From positions 123,237 to 187,236 of the forward strand of contig JAOAKQ010000003.1 of assembly GCA_026419835.1 (NCBI GenBank): a DNA stretch of 64,000 nt. Direction: 5' to 3'. This document shows, piece after piece, positions 29,859 through 39,779 of the stretch. The stretch comes from Sulfolobales archaeon. GTDB lineage: Archaea > Thermoproteota > Thermoprotei_A > Sulfolobales > NBVN01. The notes below the pieces were generated by a model that saw only the letters and a list, made by a program, of their open reading frames with translations, searched no databases and was not told the DNA's origin. Every line of letters starts with the position of its first letter. The stretch's first letter is position 1. The translations under genes and the position numbers were made by a program.

Positions 29859-31268
29859 ATGGGTGAACGCGTGATAAACGTGGAGACGGCTCGGCAAGTT
29901 CTGGAGGAAGTCCTTAAAAAAGGAGCGGAGCAGGCTGTCGTTAGATTACAGGAAAGAGTTTACGAAGCTATAGTGTACGATACGGGAGTTCTAAGAAGCT
30001 ACACGGTAGGTAAGGTAGTCGGTCTCGGAATTAGAGCTATGATTAGGGGAGGCACTGGCTACGCCTACACCTCCTCCCTAGACAGAGATAGCGTATCTAG
30101 AGCTACCGGTAAAGCCATATCCCTGGCTAGAGTAGCCGGCGAGCTCGGAAAGAAGTCATTTGCTCCAGCACCTTCGATTAGGGATAGGTTTAGGGTAGAG
30201 TTTAGGGTGGACCCGCACGCAGTAGACCCGAAACTCAAGGTAGACTTGGTGAAGGAGGTAAACACGAACAGCATGAAGCGTGAGAATATAGTCTCAGCCG
30301 TTACCCGCCTTGGATTAGAGAGGGATAGAAGAGTAGTTCTCACTAGTGAAGGAACTGAAGTCGAGGTAGATGTTGTCGGTGTGGGGCTCGCTCACATGGC
30401 TGTAGCTAGGTATGGAGCTGTAATAGAGAGAGTGAGTGACAGAGAAACGTACATCGGAGGATACGAGCACATAGAGAAAAGAGACTGGAACGCTTTTGCT
30501 AAAGAAATAGATGAACTAGCGGTTAGAGCTTCTCAAGCAAAAACACCGCCCCCAGGCACCTATGTTGCGGTTGTTGATAACGAAGTAGTTGGGCTTCTAC
30601 TGCACGAAGCTTTTGGGCATGCTAGTGAGGGGGATGGGGTAGTAGCTGGAGCATCAATACTTAAAGGTAGAGTGGGTGAGAAGGTTGCCAGCGAGTTCAT
30701 AACGATAGTGGATGCCGGTGTTATTGAGGGAGGCTACCCGGTTCCGTACGACGACGAGGGAGTTCCAAAGAAGAGAACCGTTGTGGTCGATAGAGGAGTT
30801 CTTAAAGGCTATCTAACCAGTAGAGATACAGCGCAGGAACTCAACTTGGAGCCCACGGGAAATGCTAGAGCTCAAGACGTATCATTCGATACCCTAGTTA
30901 GACAAACGAACTACTACGCGGAGCCTAGAGACTGGAAGGTCGATGAGCTCTTCGAAGGAATTACCTACGGCATCTACCTAAGAGGTCGCGGCGCTATGGG
31001 AGGGCAGGTCGATCCGTCTGTCGGGACATACACCTTCAGCATAGGACCGTCCTACATAATAAGAAATGGCGAGATCTCGGAGCTTGTAAGAGGTGTCGTG
31101 GTTAGTGGTAACATTCTTGAAACACTGAAGGAGGTTGATGCCGTAGCTAACGACTTAAGAATAACTACGAGTGTCTTTGGAGGCTGTGGTAAGGGAGGAC
31201 AAATGGTTAGAGTTGGAGACGGAGGTCCGCACATAAGAACGAGGAAAATTGTTGTTGGGGGTGATTGA
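29859..31268 (+). CDS. tldD: TldD family metalloprotease
   Basis: LLHEAFGH, YDDEG, CGKGGQ.VRVG.GGP. Confidence 0.92.
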   Translation: MGERVINVETARQVLEEVLKKGAEQAVVRLQERVYEAIVYDTGVLRSYTVGKVVGLGIRAMIRGGTGYAYTSSLDRDSVSRATGKAISLARVAGELGKKSFAPAPSIRDRFRVEFRVDPHAVDPKLKVDLVKEVNTNSMKRENIVSAVTRLGLERDRRVVLTSEGTEVEVDVVGVGLAHMAVARYGAVIERVSDRETYIGGYEHIEKRDWNAFAKEIDELAVRASQAKTPPPGTYVAVVDNEVVGLLLHEAFGHASEGDGVVAGASILKGRVGEKVASEFITIVDAGVIEGGYPVPYDDEGVPKKRTVVVDRGVLKGYLTSRDTAQELNLEPTGNARAQDVSFDTLVRQTNYYAEPRDWKVDELFEGITYGIYLRGRGAMGGQVDPSVGTYTFSIGPSYIIRNGEISELVRGVVVSGNILETLKEVDAVANDLRITTSVFGGCGKGGQMVRVGDGGPHIRTRKIVVGGD

Positions 31269-32617
31269 AAGTGATCGAGAATATCGTGGAGAGAGGCGTC
31301 AGGCTGGGTGAAAAACTTGGGGTTAGCGAGATCGAGGTGTATGCTATCAAGAGAACTGGGATAAATATCGTAGGTACTGTTAGAGGAATTGAGAGAATAT
31401 CAGCTGGAGAGAGGATCGACGTCGGTGTTAGAGTAGTTATTGGTAAGAAGGCCACGGTCCAAGGCGGGCTGATTTCGAGAGTTGAAGATGTGGACGCAGT
31501 TGTTGAGACAGCGGTTAAGATAGCTAATACCCTTCCAGAAGACCCTCAATGGATTTCTCTACCCAGAACTCTTAGGATGTCTCAAGTAGAGGAGATAGTT
31601 GACCCTAGAATTAGAGAATCCGACATAGGGTACTTCATCGATATAGCCCGGTTCCTCTTAGGGAGGGCCAGTGAAATAGATAAGAGAGCTTTTACGAGTT
31701 CAGTTAATATTCACACAGCTACTATTGAGAGAGCTATAGGAAATAACTACAGTGAAGCTCTAAGAGAAGAGTCCACAGAGCTGGTCGTGTCCGTGAGTGT
31801 TAAAGCTACTGAAGCTGGTGAAGAATCCGGTTACTACGACGTGTACCTAGCCCCAACTCTAGCTAGATTCAAACCGGAAGAAATGATCAGTAAAGCTACT
31901 GAGATAGCTGTAAAAACTCTTGGCTCCAAGAGAGTCGATACCGGAGTGTACGAACTAGTGCTCATACCCAGAGTTCTCGCCGGTGTACTCCAGCCTCTCA
32001 TAGTGCCAGCCGTATGCGCCGACTCGGTGCAGAAAGGTAGGTCGCCGCTTAAGAATAAGGTAGGTTCTCAAGTGGTATCTGAAAACCTAACCATAATTGA
32101 CGACGGGACGCACCCAGGACTCGTAGGTACTAGGGGATTTGATGATGAGGGAGTCCCTACTACGAGAAAGTACGTTATAGACCGAGGCGTTCTCAAAGGA
32201 TTTCTCTACGATACCTACACAGCACTAATAGAGGGTAGAAACTCTACAGGCAACGCCTTTAGAAGTGTTCCATACTCAACCCCAGTGCCGTGGATTTCAA
32301 ATCTAATCGTAGAGGGAGGTCACGGCAGTTTAAGTGATTTAGTGAAGGATGTTAGAAGAGGGGTCGTAGTATACTCTACGATCGGGGAGTGGCTGTCCAA
32401 CCCGGTTAGTGGGCTACTAAATGCTACTATAACTAACGGTATGTACGTTGAAAACGGAGAAGAGAAGTTCCCAGTTAAAGGAGTTGTGATATCTGGAAAC
32501 ATCTACGATGTTCTTAAGCCGGTCGATATTAGGGTTTCAAGTGAAAGAGAGAGCTGCTTTGGAAGATTCGTGCTTCCAGCACTCTACCTACCTAAGATAA
32601 CGCTAGCTGGGAAGTAG
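31265..32617 (+). CDS. TldE/PmbA family protein
   Basis: FDDEG, STGNA; no HExxxH; paired with tldD. Confidence 0.88.
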   Translation: MKVIENIVERGVRLGEKLGVSEIEVYAIKRTGINIVGTVRGIERISAGERIDVGVRVVIGKKATVQGGLISRVEDVDAVVETAVKIANTLPEDPQWISLPRTLRMSQVEEIVDPRIRESDIGYFIDIARFLLGRASEIDKRAFTSSVNIHTATIERAIGNNYSEALREESTELVVSVSVKATEAGEESGYYDVYLAPTLARFKPEEMISKATEIAVKTLGSKRVDTGVYELVLIPRVLAGVLQPLIVPAVCADSVQKGRSPLKNKVGSQVVSENLTIIDDGTHPGLVGTRGFDDEGVPTTRKYVIDRGVLKGFLYDTYTALIEGRNSTGNAFRSVPYSTPVPWISNLIVEGGHGSLSDLVKDVRRGVVVYSTIGEWLSNPVSGLLNATITNGMYVENGEEKFPVKGVVISGNIYDVLKPVDIRVSSERESCFGRFVLPALYLPKITLAGK

Positions 32618-32631
32618 GGACTACGTTATCT

Positions 32632-33855
32632 TCAACTACCTTTTACACTTACTCTACTTCTGTTTTGGTTAAGTAAAGACGCGGTGCTGTAGATTAATAG
32701 AACTACGGGCCCCATCGACGAGATAGCTATTGATGCCTTAAGAGAGTCTAGGTACGTCTTACCTATAGCTACCGCTAGCGGTGGACCGATAATGTTTCCT
32801 ACATCGAACATTGCCGTGTAGATTCCGGATGCTAGCCCCCTACTCCTCTCCCTAACATTTAGAAGAGCTATTATTTGAAGAGACGGTATGAGTAGGCCCC
32901 CTCCAAATCCGGCAACCGCAGCATATAGTAGTAGGTAGGGTGATTCAGGATTTAGTACAATTAGAGATACGCCGAGGAGTGCTGAGAAAGAGCCTAGTGA
33001 TGCTATCAGCGGATATCTCAATCTACTTGAGAGCAGCGATAGGATTACTCTCGATGTGAAGTTAGCTATAGATAGAGTAGTGAATAGTGATGTAGTTACC
33101 GCTACGTCTACGTTCAGTGAACTATGGTATGCCGGTAGAAAGAGGAGGAGACAGTTGTACACCACGCTATATGTTAGTATCGAAAATAGTGCTACTAGGT
33201 AGTCTGTATTTAGAATATCGACTAAACGCGTACTCTCTCTTCTTCCGCTCGTACTTACCTCTTTTAGCGTAGCTGCGGTTAGAAATCCGGAGAGCAGTAG
33301 ATAGATTCCGGCGGCAGTAAAGAGAGATTTATATCCGTAGAGACTCACTAGTAAGCCGCCAACAGCGGGTCCTAGAGCCATTGAGAGCCCGATCATCGTG
33401 GACCTCCACGCTAGTGAGCTAGCTACGTTCTGCCTTACCAGAGTTGCTGTATAGATTGAGGCAGGTATAAAGAGAGCCACTCCCACGCCTTGAAGTGCTC
33501 TTCCGACGTAGAGTAAGGTAGTACTAGTTGATAGCCAGTAGGAGGTCTGTGCCGCAATAGCTAGAGAAATTCCAGTAAGTAGAAGTAGGCGTAGTAGTCC
33601 TCTATCTATGAGCAACCCGCTCAGAGGTCTAATCGATATAGCAACCGCCGAGAGCGCCGGTCCGAGGAGAGATACTTCCCGCTCTCTAGCTCCTAGCTGT
33701 GCTGCGTATCTAGATATGTACGGAGCTATAGAGTGAAGTGAGAGAAAGTATAGAAGAGTGCTCAGGTTCAGAGCTACCTCAGCGAATCTATCGCTTCTAG
33801 CCATTAGTACCGCGTAAATACTTTTACGCACAACAATATAAGACTTTAATTTCAC
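32632..33855 (-). CDS. MFS transporter
   Basis: about 12 TM segments; GRALQG, LGPAVGG. Confidence 0.85.
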   Translation of the reverse strand: MKLKSYIVVRKSIYAVLMARSDRFAEVALNLSTLLYFLSLHSIAPYISRYAAQLGAREREVSLLGPALSAVAISIRPLSGLLIDRGLLRLLLLTGISLAIAAQTSYWLSTSTTLLYVGRALQGVGVALFIPASIYTATLVRQNVASSLAWRSTMIGLSMALGPAVGGLLVSLYGYKSLFTAAGIYLLLSGFLTAATLKEVSTSGRRESTRLVDILNTDYLVALFSILTYSVVYNCLLLFLPAYHSSLNVDVAVTTSLFTTLSIANFTSRVILSLLSSRLRYPLIASLGSFSALLGVSLIVLNPESPYLLLYAAVAGFGGGLLIPSLQIIALLNVRERSRGLASGIYTAMFDVGNIIGPPLAVAIGKTYLDSLKASIAISSMGPVVLLIYSTASLLNQNRSRVSVKGS

Positions 33856-33861
33856 CTAGTC

Positions 33862-35043
33862 TCAGATAGCTAAGTAGTAGAGAGTTCCTACTAAGAGAAC
33901 TACGAGCACCGGCGGTAGGAGGTGCTTGTACGTGTTGATTAAATTAGCTTTAAAGTACTCAACGGTGTATAGAAGACACAGATGTGTTGGAGAAGCTATG
34001 TAACCAATAAATGAGTACGTATATACGAGGAGAACCGAGCCAATACTTTCTAATCCAGCTGACGAAAGGATCGGTAAGCTAATGAAGAGACCCGTCATAA
34101 CGGAGCCGGTAGCTATTGAAACTAGTGCAGAGAGTGCGGCTAGAGCTATTTTCATATTACCGAAATTTTGTACGGTATTCTGTAGTTCTGCGGATATACC
34201 GCTCAGCGATATGACCTCCCTCAGCATAACTACCGCTGCGACAGCTAGAACGATATCACCTACGCGCTTCGATAGCACAGTTCTAGGTAGTAGCTTAAGC
34301 GCTCGTCTAAATCTAACTAAGAGCAGTGTAGCTACCAACGTACCTACCGGTATAGCCCAATTACCGAGAAGCTGTGTTAGAGGTACTAGTAGAACGACAG
34401 CTACCAGTATAGGGATGAGAGACTCTAGGTGTTCCCTGCTTAGAGTCCTAGAAGTATCTGAAATCCTAGGCTTTATTCTCAGAAGCGCGGGTATTCCTAG
34501 AAGAGTCATTAGAGCTGATACTGGTAGCGTAGTTACTACTATAGTGAAAACCGAGACCCCGGTTAGTTGTGAGAGAACTACAACTAACTGCGAGAAGGGG
34601 TAGGAGTATATGAGTGTGTGCCTGAACCAGACGTTTATGTACGCTAAAGTCTCTCTAGGTAATCCCAGTGGAGCGCCTAGAGACTCTACTAGAGGCGCGG
34701 AAAGCAGCGCTCCACCAGCAACTGGCATAAGACCGACTACAGCTGGTACTACAGCTAGTCCAGCCCTAGGATCTTTAAGTGAGGCTGAAAGTCCGTGCCC
34801 TAGGTCTCTAACCGCACCGGTAATCCTATAAAGCTCAGCTAGTAGAGCTATTGATAGAGCGGATAGAGTTAGTATCCACATATCTTCACTTACAATCGAT
34901 TCTAGGAAAGCTCTGTAGATACTACCCGTATAGAGTCCTAGACCTACCGCTACTAGAGTTATTGATAGACCTAAACTCAAACCGATCTTCAGACAAGCTA
35001 TGATTGCCGCAATCACCGCTAGTAGCGCAGCTACCGCGCTCAT
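33862..35043 (-). CDS. DUF401 family membrane transporter
   Basis: GLMPVAGGALLSAP, NVWFRH, SPTHLCL. Confidence 0.85.
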   Translation of the reverse strand: MSAVAALLAVIAAIIACLKIGLSLGLSITLVAVGLGLYTGSIYRAFLESIVSEDMWILTLSALSIALLAELYRITGAVRDLGHGLSASLKDPRAGLAVVPAVVGLMPVAGGALLSAPLVESLGAPLGLPRETLAYINVWFRHTLIYSYPFSQLVVVLSQLTGVSVFTIVVTTLPVSALMTLLGIPALLRIKPRISDTSRTLSREHLESLIPILVAVVLLVPLTQLLGNWAIPVGTLVATLLLVRFRRALKLLPRTVLSKRVGDIVLAVAAVVMLREVISLSGISAELQNTVQNFGNMKIALAALSALVSIATGSVMTGLFISLPILSSAGLESIGSVLLVYTYSFIGYIASPTHLCLLYTVEYFKANLINTYKHLLPPVLVVLLVGTLYYLAI

Positions 35044-35112
35044 CCCTCTATATCACCTTACATACGACTAATACGAATTTGGGTATATAGGCAGTACCTA
35101 CCTACGCTCCCG

Positions 35113-35388
35113 CTAGCTGGAAGAATGCTTACCAATTTCTTGGAGTTTTTCCTTACCGACCAAATCTATTAGAACTTCAACTACCAGCTTTAGCTCGGCC
35201 AGTATCTCAATTATCTTATCTTTATTTAATCCAGAAGCTTCCAACATTCCAATTGCCTGCTTTTTAATTCTCTCATCAACTTCTTCAGGATCTACTCCTC
35301 TAGATAGTAAGTACCTTCTAAGTCTAAGCATCGATAGCACAGCTCCTTCTACGTACCTAATATTCTTATCGTCCACAACTCTGGGCAT
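35113..35388 (-). CDS. conserved hypothetical protein
   Basis: 91-aa helical ORF with SD GGTGG. Confidence 0.6.
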   Translation of the reverse strand: MPRVVDDKNIRYVEGAVLSMLRLRRYLLSRGVDPEEVDERIKKQAIGMLEASGLNKDKIIEILAELKLVVEVLIDLVGKEKLQEIGKHSSS

Positions 35389-35772
35389 TCAACCACCACT
35401 AACCTCCTGAGTAATTTCTGGTAGACACGTTTAATAGACTGAGTACCTACGCTCACTCCTCGATGTACATATTTAAGTCTAAATCCGTTCTAGTGCTATG
35501 TGTGAGTGAGTCTCGGTGTGAGACGTCCGTACCGAACTTCTAGCCAACTTTAGTGGTAGGTTGAAATGCGTCAATGAAGATTTGTTGAGAGCGTAGTGAA
35601 AGAGAGGTTAAAAACTTGAGGACTATTCCGCCACAACTTCAAGTCAAGAAGTACGAGAGAGTTCGCTAGCTTAATTACATATGTTATTATAGACGCTCAG
35701 CATGGTCTCGCACAAACCGCGGTAGCTAACTGAGATAAAACACATAAAATACCGCTAGCACTATAGATTCTG

Positions 35773-35848
35773 GCGGCGGTCGTCTAGCCTGGTCTAGGAC
35801 GCCGGCCTCCCAAGCCGGCGATCCCGGGTTCGAATCCCGGCCGCCGCA
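35773..35848 (+). tRNA. tRNA-Gly(CCC)
   Basis: cloverleaf, anticodon arm GCCGGC-CT CCC AA-GCCGGC, TTCGAAT. Confidence 0.96.
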
Positions 35849-36622
35849 CTACGCGTTTGGACTAGAGTTTGCAGGAAAACTAGGAGGTTTTCTAATACTT
35901 CTGATCGCTCTAACTATTTCAACGGCTTTCTCCAAGCTATCTTCAACTATGTTTCCCGTTACGACCACATCAGCACCTACTTGAGATAGGCGGACTGCGA
36001 CGTTCGGATCTCTAATACCTCCACCAACTATCAGGATAGCATCAGGTATCACCGACTTAACGAGCTTAACGGATTCCTGGGGGATTGGCTGGGGGGCTCC
36101 AGAACCCGCTTCAAGGTATATGTAGTTCATTCCCAGCATATATGCCGCTAGTGCGTACGCAACAACTATCTCGTGCTTTTCGTAAGGTATCGGCCTAGCT
36201 CTACCTACGTAACCAGCTGTACCGCCATATCCTACCACTATGTAACCTGTGGGAAGAGCTTCTATACCGTATTTCGCTACTACGATAGCACCAGCTACTT
36301 GAGCTCCAATTATGTAGTACGGGTCCTCTGAGTTCAGTAGGGACATGAACAGAACTGCGTCTACGTACCTCGAAAGACCGCTAATATTACCTGGAAAAGC
36401 TATTACTGGAAGCCCGAACTTCTTCAGTCTTAGAGCTACCTCATCTACATCCCTCTCAGAAACACCTAGAGATCCTCCGATCATGAAGCAGTCCGTTCCA
36501 GCCTCAACTAGCTTTTCAGCTACTCTCTCAATCGAGTTGATATTGGATAGCTTTGCTGGGTCTATGAGTGTGAAGTGGAGTGTACGACCTTCTCTTACTC
36601 TATCCTTAATGTACTTACTCAC
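35849..36622 (-). CDS. geranylgeranylglyceryl phosphate synthase
   Basis: HFTLIDP, IGGS, FMSLLNS, YLEAGSGA, VGGGIR; start approximate. Confidence 0.93.
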   Translation of the reverse strand: MSKYIKDRVREGRTLHFTLIDPAKLSNINSIERVAEKLVEAGTDCFMIGGSLGVSERDVDEVALRLKKFGLPVIAFPGNISGLSRYVDAVLFMSLLNSEDPYYIIGAQVAGAIVVAKYGIEALPTGYIVVGYGGTAGYVGRARPIPYEKHEIVVAYALAAYMLGMNYIYLEAGSGAPQPIPQESVKLVKSVIPDAILIVGGGIRDPNVAVRLSQVGADVVVTGNIVEDSLEKAVEIVRAIRSIRKPPSFPANSSPNA

Positions 36623-36932
36623 TTTCTCTTCTCTCCTCACTTTCAGCCGCGCATTCAAATCTAACACCTACTTCACCAGTATTGTAGAGGTCTAGAAACC
36701 TGTGGTAAGCATCTACGGCTTCAAATATCATCGGAAGACCTGTGAGCTCAGCTCTAAGACAGCAAGACGGGTTGTTGCAGATAATTCGAGCGGCCTTAGC
36801 TAGACCCGACTCCGTCTCGACTTCATCTACATCTATAGTTAGAGCTACCTGACCGCACGAAGGACATTGAAACAGTTTCGGCAGTCTTCTAACGATCTTT
36901 ATTACCTTCCTCCTCTTCTTCCTTCTACCCAT
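36615..36932 (-). CDS. elf1: transcription elongation factor Elf1
   Basis: MGRRKKRRK...LPKLFQCPSCG...C..C...AVDAY. Confidence 0.85.
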   Translation of the reverse strand: MGRRKKRRKVIKIVRRLPKLFQCPSCGQVALTIDVDEVETESGLAKAARIICNNPSCCLRAELTGLPMIFEAVDAYHRFLDLYNTGEVGVRFECAAESEERRESE

Positions 36933-37028
36933 AAGCACACCTACTACATACCACTATCAGCAAGCATAAAAATGCTCACTGCTAGTGGAAGTATATTATA
37001 CTTGAAGACGAGTGTTTCCAGGGCTGGT

Positions 37029-38417
37029 ATGGTTAAGATAGTCGACACAACTCTGCGTGATGCGCATCAATCGCTACTAGCAACTAGATTTAGAACTGAG
37101 GATATGGTTCCCGTACTGGAGAAGCTAGATAGAGCCGGATTCTACAGTCTAGAAGTTTGGGGCGGGGCTACTTTCGATGTAGCAATTAGGTACCTCGGGG
37201 AAGACCCCTGGGAGAGATTGAGAACTATACGTGAAAACGTTAAGAAAACAAAGCTGCAGATGCTGCTAAGAGGTCAGAACCTAGTAGGCTACAGACACTA
37301 CCCAGATGACGTAGTTAGTAAGTTCGTTGAGTTAGCCTATAGAAACGGTATCGACGTATTTCGAATCTTTGATGCACTAAACGATGTGCGAAATCTAGTA
37401 GTCGGTATTAAGAAAGCTAAGTCCGTAGGTGCTATAGTTCAGGGAACTATATGCTACACCATTAGCCCCATACACACAGTAGACTACTACGTGAAGTTCG
37501 CTGAAGAACTAGTATCTCTAGACGTCGACATGATCGCCATCAAGGACATGGCCGGAATTCTAGACCCCAATACCGCGTACACACTAGTTAGAGAGCTGAA
37601 GCAAAGATTCAGCATCCCGGTTGACGTACACACTCACTCAACGAGCGGCATGGCCGTAGCTACATACGTTAAATCCGCTGAAGCCGGTGCGGATATAATA
37701 GATACAGCTATAAGTCCACTAGCATTCGGTACAGCGCAACCTGGAATTCAGACAGTCTACTTCTCACTGAGAGAAGACCTTAGACCTCAGATCGACCTTA
37801 AAGTAATCAACGAAATCTCCGAGTACCTGGAGAAAGTAGTTAACCAGAAGTACTCCAAGCTACTCACAGTTAAAGCACTAATGCCTGACCACAGCGTACT
37901 ACTTCACCAAATTCCGGGGGGTATGATTACGAACTTAATAGCTCAGCTTAGGGAACTCAAGGCTGAGCACAGACTAAAGGAGGTTCTAGAGGAAGTTCCG
38001 AGAGTTAGAGAAGACTTGGGCTGGCCCCCGCTAGTTACACCACTATCTCAGATAGTCGGTACTCAAGCCGTTCTAAACGTCCTACTCGGAAGGTACAAGG
38101 TGATCGCAAAAGAAGTTATGGACTACGTAGCGGGTTACTACGGAAGACCGCCCGGACCTATAAATACCGAGATAAGGGAGAGAGTGCTGAAGAACGTTAA
38201 GGAAATAACGACTAGACCCGCCGACCTCCTCGAACCAGAACTCGAGAAGTGCGCTGAGGAGGTAAAAAAGATGGATGTACCGCTTACTGAAGAAAACGTA
38301 GTTACCTACTGCCTCTTCCCGGATGTTGCGAGAGAGTTCTTCAGAGAGTACTTCAGAGAGTATATGAAGAAAATACGTGAACTAGAGATAGAAACTATGA
38401 TCGGCTACTCTCAGTAG
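37029..38417 (+). CDS. pyruvate carboxylase subunit B / oxaloacetate decarboxylase alpha, carboxyltransferase domain only
   Basis: LRDAHQSL, EVWGGATFD, IKDMAG, HTH, PPLVTPLSQIVG; no C-terminal biotinyl domain. Confidence 0.88.
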   Translation: MVKIVDTTLRDAHQSLLATRFRTEDMVPVLEKLDRAGFYSLEVWGGATFDVAIRYLGEDPWERLRTIRENVKKTKLQMLLRGQNLVGYRHYPDDVVSKFVELAYRNGIDVFRIFDALNDVRNLVVGIKKAKSVGAIVQGTICYTISPIHTVDYYVKFAEELVSLDVDMIAIKDMAGILDPNTAYTLVRELKQRFSIPVDVHTHSTSGMAVATYVKSAEAGADIIDTAISPLAFGTAQPGIQTVYFSLREDLRPQIDLKVINEISEYLEKVVNQKYSKLLTVKALMPDHSVLLHQIPGGMITNLIAQLRELKAEHRLKEVLEEVPRVREDLGWPPLVTPLSQIVGTQAVLNVLLGRYKVIAKEVMDYVAGYYGRPPGPINTEIRERVLKNVKEITTRPADLLEPELEKCAEEVKKMDVPLTEENVVTYCLFPDVAREFFREYFREYMKKIRELEIETMIGYSQ

Positions 38418-38430
38418 TCTACCGCGTAAT

Positions 38431-39099
38431 TCAGTGGCTCTGCTCTACTTGAGTTGCCTGAGGCTGCGGTATGGATACAGCTGATGGTAGCGATGGGAAC
38501 ATCTCCTTCATTCTCTGCTCAGCAACTACTCTAGCTTCCTCAAGGATCTTCCTGGCTTCCGCTGATGCGGCTATTCCAGTACCGGGAACTCCCACGACTT
38601 CACCGATCTCGATCATGGTCTCATTCAGCAGGTCGTGAACTTCGCCGAGCTCTATACCTATCTCAGGTAGGACGTCCTTTACGGCTATTCTCAGATCTCT
38701 GATGAGCTCTACTACGGGCGCTAGGTTAACGGCTATATCACCAAGCTCCTGCACGGACTCTAGTCTTAGAGATATCTGCTCTAGAGCTACTTGAGTTAGG
38801 AATACCGCCTTCGCGATCTTCCTTATCTCGGCTACTTCATTTGCGTACATCGTAGCTCTTATCTGGTCCTTGGCCATTAGTGCGTCCACTACCCTATTGA
38901 ATAGCTCCTGGTCTCTGGACTTCAGCTTCTCTCCGTAGACTTCCAGCTTTCTAACCATGGAGTTTATTCTGTATCTAGCGCTGGCTAGTCTGTACCTAAT
39001 CGGCCTCTCCTTACCGAAGATCTTCCTAAACACGTCTCCAACCGTTTTCTCCTTACCCGACCAATCTCTTCTAAACTCCTTTAACTCAGGTAACCCCAC
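38431..39099 (-). CDS. ESCRT-III / CdvB paralog (Snf7 family)
   Basis: RATMYANEVAEIRK...LEQISLRLE...EARKILEEA. Confidence 0.88.
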   Translation of the reverse strand: MGLPELKEFRRDWSGKEKTVGDVFRKIFGKERPIRYRLASARYRINSMVRKLEVYGEKLKSRDQELFNRVVDALMAKDQIRATMYANEVAEIRKIAKAVFLTQVALEQISLRLESVQELGDIAVNLAPVVELIRDLRIAVKDVLPEIGIELGEVHDLLNETMIEIGEVVGVPGTGIAASAEARKILEEARVVAEQRMKEMFPSLPSAVSIPQPQATQVEQSH

Positions 39100-39175
39100 G
39101 GTCCTCGCCTCGACTAGTGTCTAGCCTATAGTGCGTTTTTAAAAAGCTACAGTCACGTAATACAGATAGATAGCT

Positions 39176-39712
39176 ATGAGATTAAGCGTACCCGACTTCA
39201 ACCTCATAGTAATTCACGAACCAGGTGTAGAAAACTACGGGAGGGTTAGGAACTACGTTAAGAGTCTTCTAGGAAATAGGATAGCGTACGCTTACTCCTA
39301 CCAATCAGTAATTCTCTACAAGTGCTTCGAAGATCCGCATCTATGTGCCGAAGTACTCAGAAAGGAGCTGCGCGGTAGTGGGGTACCTATTATAAAGGTG
39401 ATCCCAGTAGACGCGGTCGTAAGAGCCGATATAGAGTCCGTAAGGAGTGTCGTGAGAGAACTCGCAGGCAGAATACCTCTCGGCGAGACTTTTAGAGTAA
39501 CCCTGCAGGGACACCTCGAGAAGGTTGAAGAAGGTTTCTCTATTGAGTTAAGTACCGATAGAGCCGTTAGAGAGGTAGCTAGTGAAGTGAATAGACCCGT
39601 AGACCTTACGAATCCCAGCTGGATTGTGTACGTTAGAGTAGTAAAAATAGGTTTAGCTAAGGTAGCGGCCATCTCGCTTCTCAAACCTCACGAACTCGAG
39701 AGAGTACCGTAG
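39176..39712 (+). CDS. THUMP domain protein
   Basis: KVIPVD, FRVTL, VDLTNP. Confidence 0.8.
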   Translation: MRLSVPDFNLIVIHEPGVENYGRVRNYVKSLLGNRIAYAYSYQSVILYKCFEDPHLCAEVLRKELRGSGVPIIKVIPVDAVVRADIESVRSVVRELAGRIPLGETFRVTLQGHLEKVEEGFSIELSTDRAVREVASEVNRPVDLTNPSWIVYVRVVKIGLAKVAAISLLKPHELERVP

Positions 39713-39779
39713 TAGAGCATGCGGAGAACTTCAAGACATTCCACGAAAATTTTTATCGGTTAAAACCTCCAATTCTACG

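Noticed and set aside
34082-34603. Long antisense shadow ORFs (here and across the ribosomal cluster)
   Set aside because: They fully overlap well-supported genes on the other strand and have no motifs.
38431-39099. Lone cdvB without cdvA/cdvC
   Set aside because: Dispersed CdvB paralogs are normal in Crenarchaea.
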